The notes under the pieces were generated by a model that ran no database searches, had not been told where the DNA came from, and saw only the letters and a program-made list of their open reading frames with translations. Positions 1-8,961 of a DNA stretch of 64,000 nucleotides are shown here, in pieces. A program made the translations under genes and the position numbers. This DNA comes from Bryobacterales bacterium (GTDB taxonomy: Bacteria; Acidobacteriota; Terriglobia; Bryobacterales; UBA6623): contig CBDDCL010000015.1 in assembly GCA_965226245.1 (NCBI GenBank), forward strand, positions 2,166,515 through 2,230,514. The letters are read 5' to 3'. How positions within the stretch are numbered: position 1 is the stretch's first letter; each line of letters begins with the position of its first letter.

Positions 1-286
1 CACGCGCCGGAGGCGCGGGGTGGCACGGCAAAGCCGTGCGCCACGGTTGTTCCGCGAAGGGTGCGGAGCTGTCTCACATATTCAGATTAGCAGGTGGTGG
101 GCGGGAAATCAGGAGTGGATTTATTTAAGCGTATGATTTGAAAGGGAATAAAAGTCTTGAAATAACGCGGCCCGTTTTTAGGGATGGGTGTTTTGGCGGT
201 TGGGGAGCGGTGGCCGGTTCAGATGCAGGCGATGAGACGCTACGTCGGCCCGGAGGCCGACGCGGCCCGCCAGGAGACGTGCGCCA

Positions 287-2198
287 GTGTGCCCAGCATG
301 GGCTGATTCTAGCAGGATGAAACGATCCTGCCGGGACCGATGGAGGTAACCGTAGGGAACCGCAGAGCGGAAGTCGTGGGGCGCAAGCCGCACGGTGAAA
401 GCCGAAGGAAGCGGGGAACAAATACTTCGACTGTAGGAACACAAACCGGCAGAGAGGCCGCGTACGGGCGGTTAGCGTGCTGGCCACCGCGAAGCCCAAT
501 ATCCATACGAGACGTGCGAGGTAGAGCCGGACGGCACGAAGGAACAGAATCAGCACCTTACCTGGGGAGAGCTGCCCCGTGAGAGCGGGGGAGAAGTCAG
601 CAGAAGCCATAGTAGCCGAGAAGGCGGGTAACGCCGCTGGAGCAAAGGGCTGAAGGACCAAGGAGCAAAGCTAGAGGAGCGACTGGCACAGCGTGCAAGA
701 GGTTTCCCGGAGTCCCGGACCGCAGGGTCCTTCCCCGCTGGGGGAACGAGACGGGGAGCAGGCGGAGGCAGAAGCGGTGGAACCGTGGCGGGCCAATGCC
801 GGCGGGAACCCGAGCGTGAGCCGCGAGACTCTCGACAGAAAGTGATGCACGACGATCTGATGGAACAAGTGGCGGCCGAAGAGAACCTGCGGCGTGCGCT
901 GGGGGCGGTGAAACGCAACCGCGGCGCGGCGGGCATCGACGGCATGACCACCGAACAACTCGAATCCCACTTGGCACGCCACGGTGAAAAGATCCGGGCG
1001 AAACTGCTGGCGGGGCGCTGGACGCCGAGTCCCGTGCGGCGGGTAGAGATATCCAAACCGCACGGAGGCCAACGGCTGTTGGGCATCCCGACGGTGATGG
1101 ACCGGCTGCTGCAGCAAGCGTTGCTGCAAGTTTTGACGCCGATCTTTGAGCCTGGTTTTGGGAGCCGATGTTCAGCGAGTCGAGCTACGGATTTCGGCCA
1201 GGGCGGAGCGCGCACGATGCGGTACGCGTGGCACAGGGATACGTCCGCGAGGGCAAGGACTGGGTGGTGGATATAGACATCGCCAAGTTCTTCGACCATG
1301 TGAATCACGACATTCTGATGCGACGGATCGCGCAAGTGATTCGGGACAAAAGGATCTTAAGATTGACAGGCCGGTATTTGAGGGCCGGAGTACTGCTGAA
1401 CGGGGTGCTGGTCAAAAGCGAGGAGGGCACGCCGCAAGGCGGGCCGCTGTCTCCATTGCTGGCGAACATCTACCTGGATGCACTGGATCGGGAACTGGAG
1501 AACCGCGGGCTGAGTTTTTGCTGTTATGCCGACGACTGCAACATTTATGTGAGCAGCGAAGCGGCGGCGAAGCGGGTGCTGGCGGGGATCTGGAGCTGGA
1601 TCGAGCAACATCTGCGACTGCAAGTGAACGAGGCGAAGAGCGGGGCGGGGCGGCCTTGGGAACGGAAGTTTCTGGGGTTTCGCATCAACCGCCGGGGGCA
1701 GCGGGAAGTGGCGCCGCAAAGTGTCGAGCGGCTCCAGCAGAAGGTGCGAGAGATATGGCGCAGTTGCCGCAGTGTCACGAGCCGGGAATTACGCGACGAG
1801 TGGCGGCGGTATATCGTCGGCTGGTGGGGTTACTACCGGCTGGCCGAGGATCGGCGCGCGGTCTTTTGGCTGGAAAGCTGGATTCGGCGGCACATTCGGA
1901 AGTGCTTCTGGCTGCGCTGGCACAGCGTGCGGGGTCGCTGCCGCGCATTGCGGCGCTTGGGCGTGCCCGAGCGGATGCTGCGCTATGTGCCGACGCGTCG
2001 TGGCGCTTGGTTTGTCGCGGCGCGGGCGATGATGCATCGGGCCCTGTCGAAACGTAATTTGCAGCGTTACGGATTTGTGATGCCATCGGATCTCGCGGCC
2101 AGCAGTTAAGCCGCTGGGTCCAACCGCCGGATACGGAAAACCGTACGTCCGGTGGTGTGGGAGGGTGCCGGGGCGCAATCCCCGGTACCCGACCCGAT
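287..2198 (+). mobile_element. Group II intron, class C (IIC)
   Basis: Starts GTGTGCCCAGCATGGGC at 287. Domain V/VI-like AACCGCCGGATACGG...CCGTACGTCCGGTGG...GACCCGAT ends at 2198. Internal RT/maturase ORF has no C-terminal endonuclease domain. Confidence 0.9.
845..2109 (+). pseudogene. ltrA: Intron-encoded reverse transcriptase/maturase, frameshifted
   Basis: Motifs GAAGIDG, RLLGIPTVMDR, SYGFRPGRS, GTPQGGPLSPLLANIYL and YADD are split across two frames by a 14-nt insertion at 1153-1166. Confidence 0.88.
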
Positions 2199-2222
2199 CG
2201 TCATTGGACAAAGATCCAAACG

Positions 2223-4850
2223 CTAGGCGGAGGCGCCTTGCGGCCCGGCGGCCTCAGCCAGCAAGCGCTCGGCTTCTTCGTAGGCCGGTTTGTAGTAGTG
2301 CGGCGGGCCGTCGCAGTAGGCGTAGTCCTTGGCTTTTTGGGCGTGGCCGCGGGCTTCGGCGGGCTTGCCGGAATCGAGGGCGAGGCGGGCCAGGAAGTTG
2401 TGGATCTCGGCCTGGTTGAGGCGGTACTCGCAGCGGTCGGCGATGGCGAGGGCTTTTTGGGCGGTCTCGCGGTCTTGGTGCAGGCGCGCCAACGCCAGCA
2501 GGATGGAGGGTTCGAGGTCGACCAGGTTGACGCGGCGGCAGCGGGTGAGGGCGTCGTTGAGGTGGGGCTCGGCGGCGGCCGTCTCACCTAGGGCCGTGTG
2601 GGCCCAGCCCAGCAGCCACTCGGCCTGGATGATATCACGCTCAAGGCCGTGGACGTCGGTGAGGCGGCGGGACTCCCAGGCTGCTGCCAGGGAAGCTCGA
2701 ACATTCCCCCGAAGCAAACTCAGCAGGGCGTGATAGGCTGGGTCCACGCACCGTCGGTGACTCACCTCGAGCTCCGACGTCAACGACGAGGGGCCATGGC
2801 CACTATTTATCATTTTCCAAAACTTTGTTGAGGACTCGAGCTCGCGCTCGGCCTCGGAAAAGCGACCTTCGTAGGCGAGCAGCCGTCCAAGCTCCTGATG
2901 GCCGATTGCCTCCCTGTCCTCGTTCTCGATCTCGCGGCACAGATCGATTCTGCGCCGCAGGCCACCTTCGGCTGCAGCCAGGCGGCCCAGCCTGAGCCGC
3001 TGAGTGGCTAGGTTCCCCAGGCCGACGGCGAGGCCATCTTTGACATCTTGCTTCTCATCAATCGCGATCTGCATCTCGGACAACGGGACTGCCCGGCGCG
3101 GCTGCGCCGACAGGCTGTATGAGTTGGCCAGCGCATTGAGCGTCCAGGCCTGGGCACTCTCGGATTCCAGCCGCGGCGGCCGCTTTTCGCCCTCGGGAAA
3201 CAGCGCCCCCAGCAGCTCGATCGCCCGTTCGTAGGCTCCGAAGCGGTAGTAAAGTGGATTCGGGATCAGCCGGTCACGCAGCAGGCGTTGAGCCGCGTCG
3301 AGGCGACTGGCGCCTACGGTGTGCCAGTAGAGCTCGATTGTGGGAGCCAGGTCGGCTAGCGTCTCGACCCGCTCCGGCGCGGGGCGGGCCTCGAAGTATT
3401 CCCGCAGGCGGCCGTGTATGCCGGCCTTGTCGGCCAGCCGGTCGTAGGAGTACTGCCGCACGATCGGATGCAGGTCGTAGCGCTCGCCGTCCGGGTCGCG
3501 CAACAGCAGCCCGCGCGCCTCGAGCTCGTCCAGGGCCGCGTCCAGCTTGGCACCCTTCAGGGTGGCCACGGTCTCGAGCGCCTCGTAGTCCATGGGGCTG
3601 CGAAAGGCGGCGATGCGGCTGAGCAGTTCGCGGCGCTCGGCGGACATCTCGTCGTAGGCGACTGCGAGGATGTCGTGCCCGTGCTTGCCCTTCAGCTTGT
3701 CCAGCACCGTGTGCCGCCCCGACGCCTTGATGTCGCCCTTCATCCGGCGGTCCTTGACGATCGCCCGCGCCAGCAGGCTCACCGACAACGGATGCCCGCC
3801 GTAGGGCGCGACGGCCTGGGCGATCTCCGCCCGCGTGCCTTTCACCCCCGTGGACTCGAAGAAGCTCACCACGTCGTCGGGCGCCAGGTTTTCGAGCCGC
3901 TCGTGGCGGCAGCCGGCAAGGTCGATCAGCTCGTTTGGAAACAGGCGCGAGGTGAGCAGCACTCGCCCGGCGAGCGCGAGCGAGGCCGCGGACTGCAGGA
4001 ACTCGGCGGCGCGTGGGTCCACGCAGTCGTTGTCGTCCCCGCCTCCCTCAACGTCGCCCTGATAAGGGGCGCGGTAGCCGGCGTAGGCGCGCAGCTCGCG
4101 CTCGAAGCCGTCGAGGATGAGCAGGATGCGGCGCTGCCCGAGCGCGCCGAGCACGATGTCGAGTTTTTCGCGGTCAGACAGGTCGGCGGCCGAGTCGTCG
4201 CTCGCTCCGACGTAGCGAGCGGCCCGGTCGAGGAAGGCGCCGAAGTGAGCGTCCCGCTCGTAGAACGACCAGAAGAGCACGCCCTCGGGGCGCCGGTCCT
4301 CGGGGACGCGCAGGTTTTCCGCGTCCGCTTTCGAGTAGCCGGCGGGCGGGGCGCCCAGCACGTCGGCGTGCAGCCAGAACCAGGCCAGGGCCGACTTGCC
4401 CATGCCTCCAATGGCCTCGACCACGCAGACCGGCCGCGAGCCGGCGGTGAACCATTCCGTGAGCCACCCGCGCTCCGCAATGCGCCCTGTGAAGTTGGGT
4501 TGCAGCGGGTACGGGTGGACGAGGTCCGGCGCGAGCCGCTCTGGCGCTTGCTGGTTGGGCAACTCCCGAGGCTGGGGCTTGGTCGTGGGCGGTTCTTGCT
4601 TGACTGGCTCCGGAGGCTTCTTCCCAACTGCGTCCAGTTCCGCCTTTTTTTCAGTCCTCTTCTTCAGATAGATCCAAAAAAGCGAACCCAACCCGCAAAC
4701 ACCTACAGCCCCAACGAGGCCCCACATCCCATAGGCCTCAACGAAATCACCGACGAGCTCCCCGAGGCTCTTCTTGACCTCTTCAGGCAACGCGACCTGG
4801 ATTAGCGCGAGTTTCGGGTGGAATACCATGTGGGCGACCCGCAAAGTCAC
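2223..4850 (-). CDS. STAND-class (NB-ARC/AAA-like) NTPase with C-terminal TPR-like repeats and N-terminal hydrophobic helix
   Basis: Walker A GGMGKS, Walker B LLILDGFE, GGHPLSV and YDLHPIVRQY motifs, helical repeat C-terminus. Start codon uncertain (4850 or 4829). Confidence 0.8.
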   Translation of the reverse strand: MTLRVAHMVFHPKLALIQVALPEEVKKSLGELVGDFVEAYGMWGLVGAVGVCGLGSLFWIYLKKRTEKKAELDAVGKKPPEPVKQEPPTTKPQPRELPNQQAPERLAPDLVHPYPLQPNFTGRIAERGWLTEWFTAGSRPVCVVEAIGGMGKSALAWFWLHADVLGAPPAGYSKADAENLRVPEDRRPEGVLFWSFYERDAHFGAFLDRAARYVGASDDSAADLSDREKLDIVLGALGQRRILLILDGFERELRAYAGYRAPYQGDVEGGGDDNDCVDPRAAEFLQSAASLALAGRVLLTSRLFPNELIDLAGCRHERLENLAPDDVVSFFESTGVKGTRAEIAQAVAPYGGHPLSVSLLARAIVKDRRMKGDIKASGRHTVLDKLKGKHGHDILAVAYDEMSAERRELLSRIAAFRSPMDYEALETVATLKGAKLDAALDELEARGLLLRDPDGERYDLHPIVRQYSYDRLADKAGIHGRLREYFEARPAPERVETLADLAPTIELYWHTVGASRLDAAQRLLRDRLIPNPLYYRFGAYERAIELLGALFPEGEKRPPRLESESAQAWTLNALANSYSLSAQPRRAVPLSEMQIAIDEKQDVKDGLAVGLGNLATQRLRLGRLAAAEGGLRRRIDLCREIENEDREAIGHQELGRLLAYEGRFSEAERELESSTKFWKMINSGHGPSSLTSELEVSHRRCVDPAYHALLSLLRGNVRASLAAAWESRRLTDVHGLERDIIQAEWLLGWAHTALGETAAAEPHLNDALTRCRRVNLVDLEPSILLALARLHQDRETAQKALAIADRCEYRLNQAEIHNFLARLALDSGKPAEARGHAQKAKDYAYCDGPPHYYKPAYEEAERLLAEAAGPQGASA

Positions 4851-4899
4851 ATCAATTGTAAACCACCAAAACTCCCAGGGATGGGGAGTTCCGGAACCA

Positions 4900-5270
4900 G
4901 GAGTTCAGTACCTGCATCATGAGATTCGTGTCAAACGTGGCAGAAAATTCGGGAGCCAGACTCGGAGTCCCGACCGTGAGGGAGGGGTTAGCCGCTTCGA
5001 CGCGCCTCATCCGCCAGCGGCCACGCTCCCCCTTTTGGTTGCGGCTCGTCCGCGTTTGGAGGAGTTCGGCGGACTTCGGACACCTTTGCAAAAGGAAGTT
5101 CGGGGGCGCGGTGACCTTGGCAAGCGAGAGTTCGGGGACCTCGAGTCCATCAACTAAAGTTGGCGAAGGGCCGTAGCAAACGGTCCTTCGGGGGTGAGGG
5201 GTGGGCCAAGACCGGCCGCGTCGGATGCTGCGCGTCGAAGCGGCAACCGCTCCCTCACGGTCGCGGCTCC
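4900..5270. repeat. REP-like inverted pair (GAGCCGCGACCGTGAGGGAGCGG family) within a ~160-bp dispersed element
   Basis: 4965-4988 and the reverse complement of 5246-5269 are near-identical. 4915-5055 recurs at about 16918-17070. Confidence 0.75.
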
Positions 5271-5981
5271 GGCGACCCGATTGGTGGTTGCCGGAGAGCC
5301 GGATTGCAGCCTCATCGGGCAAAGTGGCCTGTTCGCGGCGGCTTCCTTGCCTTTTGGAGCACTATGCACGTTAAAGCTCGACTCTAAACGCTGTGGCATG
5401 AATTTTGGGTGGAATCGCAAGTCGTTTTGTTTCAGTGCCTTGAGGTCCGCTTTTGCAGTTTTTTACAGAAAATGTAAGGGTTTGGGGATTTTTGCCCCTC
5501 CAGAGGACACTTCGCGTTTTCTTTGATTCGTGCATAACCGTTCGTAATTCGATTGATTCACCGTTGTCAGGATAGCAGCGTGGTTGCCGGCATTCTTACC
5601 TGTGCGGGCAGGATGTGTTGAAAACACGGGGAATATTTTTCTTAGGACTACGTGACTCAAACGGCTGGTTTTGGGAATTGCGCGGTTTTCGAGCCATTTG
5701 GATGAATGAAAGACGGGGGCAAGACGGCAGGAGACCGGCCTCCACGCGGCCGGTCCCTCCATTCCAAAAGTCCCCCCGGGGGGGGGGGGCGAGGTGGAGG
5801 ACACCTCAGGGGATCAGGGTGGCCATCACGGAGCGAACGCTTGGGCGCCGCCAGATTCAGCTTAATACTAGCCCACGGTGGAGCCGTCAGGCGGAACCGC
5901 GGGTAGCGTCGGGCAACAAGAGTTGGCGAAGGGCCGGTGCAAACGGTCCTTCGGGGGTAAGGGGTGGGTCCAAGATCGGCC
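5158..5981. repeat. ~60-bp direct repeat pair with a GAAGGGCCG..CGGTCCTTC hairpin
   Basis: 5158-5217 and 5921-5981 align with few mismatches. Confidence 0.8.
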
Positions 5982-6281
5982 ACGAAGGGGCCGGTCTCTC
6001 CGGTTTGGGTTGCGACCGCCACCGGCAAGGCCCTAACGACACCCGGAGCTGGGTGGACAGCCGGCACGCACGCCGAGCGTCGAGATGAGTCTCGACGCGG
6101 CAAGCTGGAGAGCTTGGGCCACGAACTGTTGAAGCCCGTACAGCGGCCGGCTCTTTCTCGCATCTGCCCGCTCCAAGAAAATCTCTTTTCGGCACAAAGC
6201 GACCGTCTATACAAGACAATAGCCTATTATTTTCAGTCCTTTACCTGAAAAAGAATCTGAAGTACTTGACACGTGCCCTAC

Positions 6282-6584
6282 AATGAGAGCAGTAAGACCG
6301 GTGAGGGGTTGATCTCGGGGACAACTCGGTCGCTTTCCGGCCGGGACGACGGTTCGAGTTGCTCTCCGTTCGTTGTATCGAGGTCATACCCGCGGACGGG
6401 TTCGCCGCTCCAATTGAATTGGGGTGACGAACCCGTCTCAGCGCTCTCTATTGGCTCCCGTTGGAGCAGGGCGCAGCGGTCAACCAACGGGGGCGACAGG
6501 GGTCTCTGACGTATGAAGATGGATTGTACGCTTACGTTGCCCGGCGGGACGCGGGCTCATTCGCTTGTCCCGCCGGGTTTTTTT
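6282..6584 (+). ncRNA. Candidate structured non-coding RNA, family unknown
   Basis: Several complementary segments (6306-6317/6379-6391, 6322-6328/6355-6361, 6395-6404/6428-6437, 6454-6464/6484-6494) followed by an intrinsic terminator. No credible ORF. Confidence 0.45.
6540..6584 (+). terminator. Rho-independent terminator
   Basis: CCCGGCGGGAC / GTCCCGCCGGG 11-bp stem followed by T7. Confidence 0.8.
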
Positions 6585-6779
6585 GGCGGCGCCACGCGCT
6601 GTGTTGCGCCCATACGCCGTCACCAGGCCGGCTGCGGGCGACGCACAATGAGTCGCAACCGGCGAAGGGGCGAACAAAAGGAGTACGAATTTTCTGAAAT
6701 CCGCTCAAACCTGCTCACTTGCCGGACAGAAAAAGAAAAGAATGATCGCTCCGATTCCCTCCCCACGGCGTTTGCCCGT

Positions 6780-6891
6780 GTAGGGGAGGGTCACCGTGCC
6801 CCCTTCGCCCTAAAGTGTGCCCTCCAGTTGGCGGCTGGAGGCTCACTGGGCGGCTGGCGCCCTCAAGGCGGGCACGGTGACCCACCCCTAC
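6780..6891. repeat. GTAG-type REP doublet (REPIN-like)
   Basis: GTAGGGGAGGGTCACCGTGCCC (6780-6801) and an inverted copy (6870-6891), 21/22 identical. Confidence 0.8.
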
Positions 6892-6911
6892 ACTTGGGCT
6901 CACCCCTGCAC

Positions 6912-8843
6912 TCAGTCTTTCGCCGCTCCAGTGGCGGCCGGCGGCTGCTCCGCCACATAGCGGTCTAGCCAGAGCTGAAATACGAGCAGACTCCAAAGAG
7001 TCTTGCCGTGGTCTTCGCGCCGCGCCAGATGCCGGCTGATCAGGTGTTCGACGGCGGCCGGATCGAAATAACCGCTGCGGCGCAATCGCCGGGAAGACAG
7101 CGTGTCGCAAAGCAGTTCCCTCAGGTCCCCGCACAGCCATGTCGCCAGCGGCAGCACGAATCCCATCTTCCTCTGGGACAGCACGCGCGGTGGAACCCGG
7201 CCGCGCAGCAATTGCTTCAACAAGTGCTTGCGAGTCAAGCCGCGCATCTTGACCTCGGACGGCAAGCGGTGGACAAACTCGGCCAGCTTGTGATCTAAGA
7301 AGGGTCCGCGGGTTTCGAGATTGTGGGCCATGCTCATGCGGTCGACTTTGGTCAAGATGCCGTCAGGCAAGTAGATTCTCGAGTCCATGAACATCAGGCG
7401 GTTGACGCCGTCTTGCCGGCTCGCTTGTTCCAGATGTTGCTCGTAGAAACGGAACGCCGGGAGCGCTTCATCACGGTCCCGCAAAGCCTCACCCCAGAGC
7501 CGCTGCTTGAGATCGTCCGAGATGACCTCGAGCCATTTCAGTTGGGCTCGTTCCGGGGAAAGCTCGATGGCCGACACGAAACGTTTGGCACGATTCTCGA
7601 AGCTGGCCCGGCTATGAGACACCGGCAGTTGACGGACGGCCCAAGGGATCAGTCCGTGGCTCAACGCTCGCGGCAGCCTGTGGTACCACTCCATGTAACG
7701 ACTCGCGGCGTAGTGGTTATAGCCCCCGAACAGCTCGTCCCCGCCGTCGCCCCCGAGCGCTACGGTGATGTGCTCTCGTGCCAGCCGGGAAACGTAGTAA
7801 ATCGGAATCGCGGACGATTCCGCGTAGGGCTCATCCAGGTGATGAATGTAGCTTGGGACAATCTCGTTCGCCTCGATCCGGGCCACGAGTTCATGGTGCT
7901 CGGTTTCAAACCGCTCGGCCGTGAGGCGCGCCAGCCAGGACTCGTCGTAGCTTCTGTCGTCGAACCCAATCGTAAACGTCTTGATCGGCTGGGACGTGAT
8001 TTCGCGCATCGCCGCCACGATCGCGGTCGAATCGATCCCGCCGCTGAGCAGCACTCCGATCGGCACGTCGCTCACCAAGCGATAGCGCACGGCTTCTTTG
8101 AGCATTTCCCAGGTGGCTTCAGCGCGCTCGGCCGGGTTGGATGCAGCGGAGTGCTCGGCGTCCCATCTGGGATCGAGCAGGTCCCAGTATTGATTCATCT
8201 GGACGGATCCGCCGCGCTGGATGAGCAAGGTATGGGCGGGCAGCAGCTTGTGAACGTTGCGGAAGATCGAGCCCTCGCCGGGCACGTATCCGTGAGTCAG
8301 ATAATCGTCGGTGGCCTGCGGGTCGACCTCTCGCGGGATTCCCGCGGCCAGCAGAGCTTTGAGTTCCGATCCGAAGACAAGCCGGCCGCCGCCGAGGTAG
8401 TAGTAGAGCGGCTTCACGCCCAGACGATCCCGGATCAGCAAGAGCTGCTGCCCGCGCTGATCCCACAATGCGATGGCGAACATTCCCCGCAGATGCTCGG
8501 CCAGCGCCGCGCCGTATTCTTCGTAGAGATGAACGATCGTCTCGGTGTCGGATTGGGTGTGGAAATGATGGCCCCGAGCGGTCAGCGTTTCGCGAAGTTC
8601 GCGGTAGTTGTAGATCTCTCCATTCAGGACACACCAAACGGAGCGGTCTTCGTTATGCACCGGCTGGTGACCGGTTTCGAGGTCAATGACGTTGAGCCGG
8701 GCGATGCCGATCGATACCGGCCCGTCGGCGTAAACTCCCCGGTCGTCGGGCCCGCGATGGTCGAGTGTCCTCACCATCGCCTCGGTGTCGCGAGCCTCGG
8801 CTGGTTTGCCGTCGAAGTTCAGTTGTCCGCAAATGCCGCACAT
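6912..8843 (-). CDS. asnB: Asparagine synthase (glutamine-hydrolyzing) family amidotransferase
   Basis: N-terminal MCGICG, HRGPDD, LSGGIDS and GDGGDELFGGY motifs. Start placed at the Met before Cys1. Confidence 0.92.
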   Translation of the reverse strand: MCGICGQLNFDGKPAEARDTEAMVRTLDHRGPDDRGVYADGPVSIGIARLNVIDLETGHQPVHNEDRSVWCVLNGEIYNYRELRETLTARGHHFHTQSDTETIVHLYEEYGAALAEHLRGMFAIALWDQRGQQLLLIRDRLGVKPLYYYLGGGRLVFGSELKALLAAGIPREVDPQATDDYLTHGYVPGEGSIFRNVHKLLPAHTLLIQRGGSVQMNQYWDLLDPRWDAEHSAASNPAERAEATWEMLKEAVRYRLVSDVPIGVLLSGGIDSTAIVAAMREITSQPIKTFTIGFDDRSYDESWLARLTAERFETEHHELVARIEANEIVPSYIHHLDEPYAESSAIPIYYVSRLAREHITVALGGDGGDELFGGYNHYAASRYMEWYHRLPRALSHGLIPWAVRQLPVSHSRASFENRAKRFVSAIELSPERAQLKWLEVISDDLKQRLWGEALRDRDEALPAFRFYEQHLEQASRQDGVNRLMFMDSRIYLPDGILTKVDRMSMAHNLETRGPFLDHKLAEFVHRLPSEVKMRGLTRKHLLKQLLRGRVPPRVLSQRKMGFVLPLATWLCGDLRELLCDTLSSRRLRRSGYFDPAAVEHLISRHLARREDHGKTLWSLLVFQLWLDRYVAEQPPAATGAAKD

Positions 8844-8961
8844 CGAGCTGTTCAATCCGGGCTAAACCCTGGGTCACCGTTTCGACTGCGCGGCTCGCCG
8901 TATCCGCGAGAATAGCATCCCTTTCGAACCGGCAATCGGGCCGGGCTGGTAACATTGCGGT

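Noticed and set aside
1152-1163. 12-nt match (CTGGTTTTGGGA) between the RT insertion and 5665-5676 as a template source
   Set aside because: Too short to distinguish from chance without further evidence.
845-2109. RT as part of a retron, DGR or Abi defence system next to the STAND gene
   Set aside because: It lies inside clear group II intron boundaries (5' GTGTG, domain V/VI, 3' AT) and has maturase domain X. The STAND gene is convergent and separate.
3414-4805. 463-aa plus-strand ORF, and similar long ORFs (7323-8915, 39486-40508, 54162-55244, 125-661, ORFs antisense to the IS transposases)
   Set aside because: These are antisense shadows of well-supported genes in high-GC DNA, with no recognisable motifs.
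5772-5789. C6G12 homopolymer as a phase-variation switch
   Set aside because: It is not within a credible ORF or identifiable promoter, and homopolymer length is unreliable in assemblies.
6266-6284. Sigma-70 promoter TTGACA...TACAAT for the RNA candidate
   Set aside because: Only 7 bp separate the hexamers, against the required 16-18.
6340-6370. tRNA-like T-arm (GGTTCGAG)
   Set aside because: No acceptor stem, D-arm or anticodon arm at the right spacing, and no CCA end.
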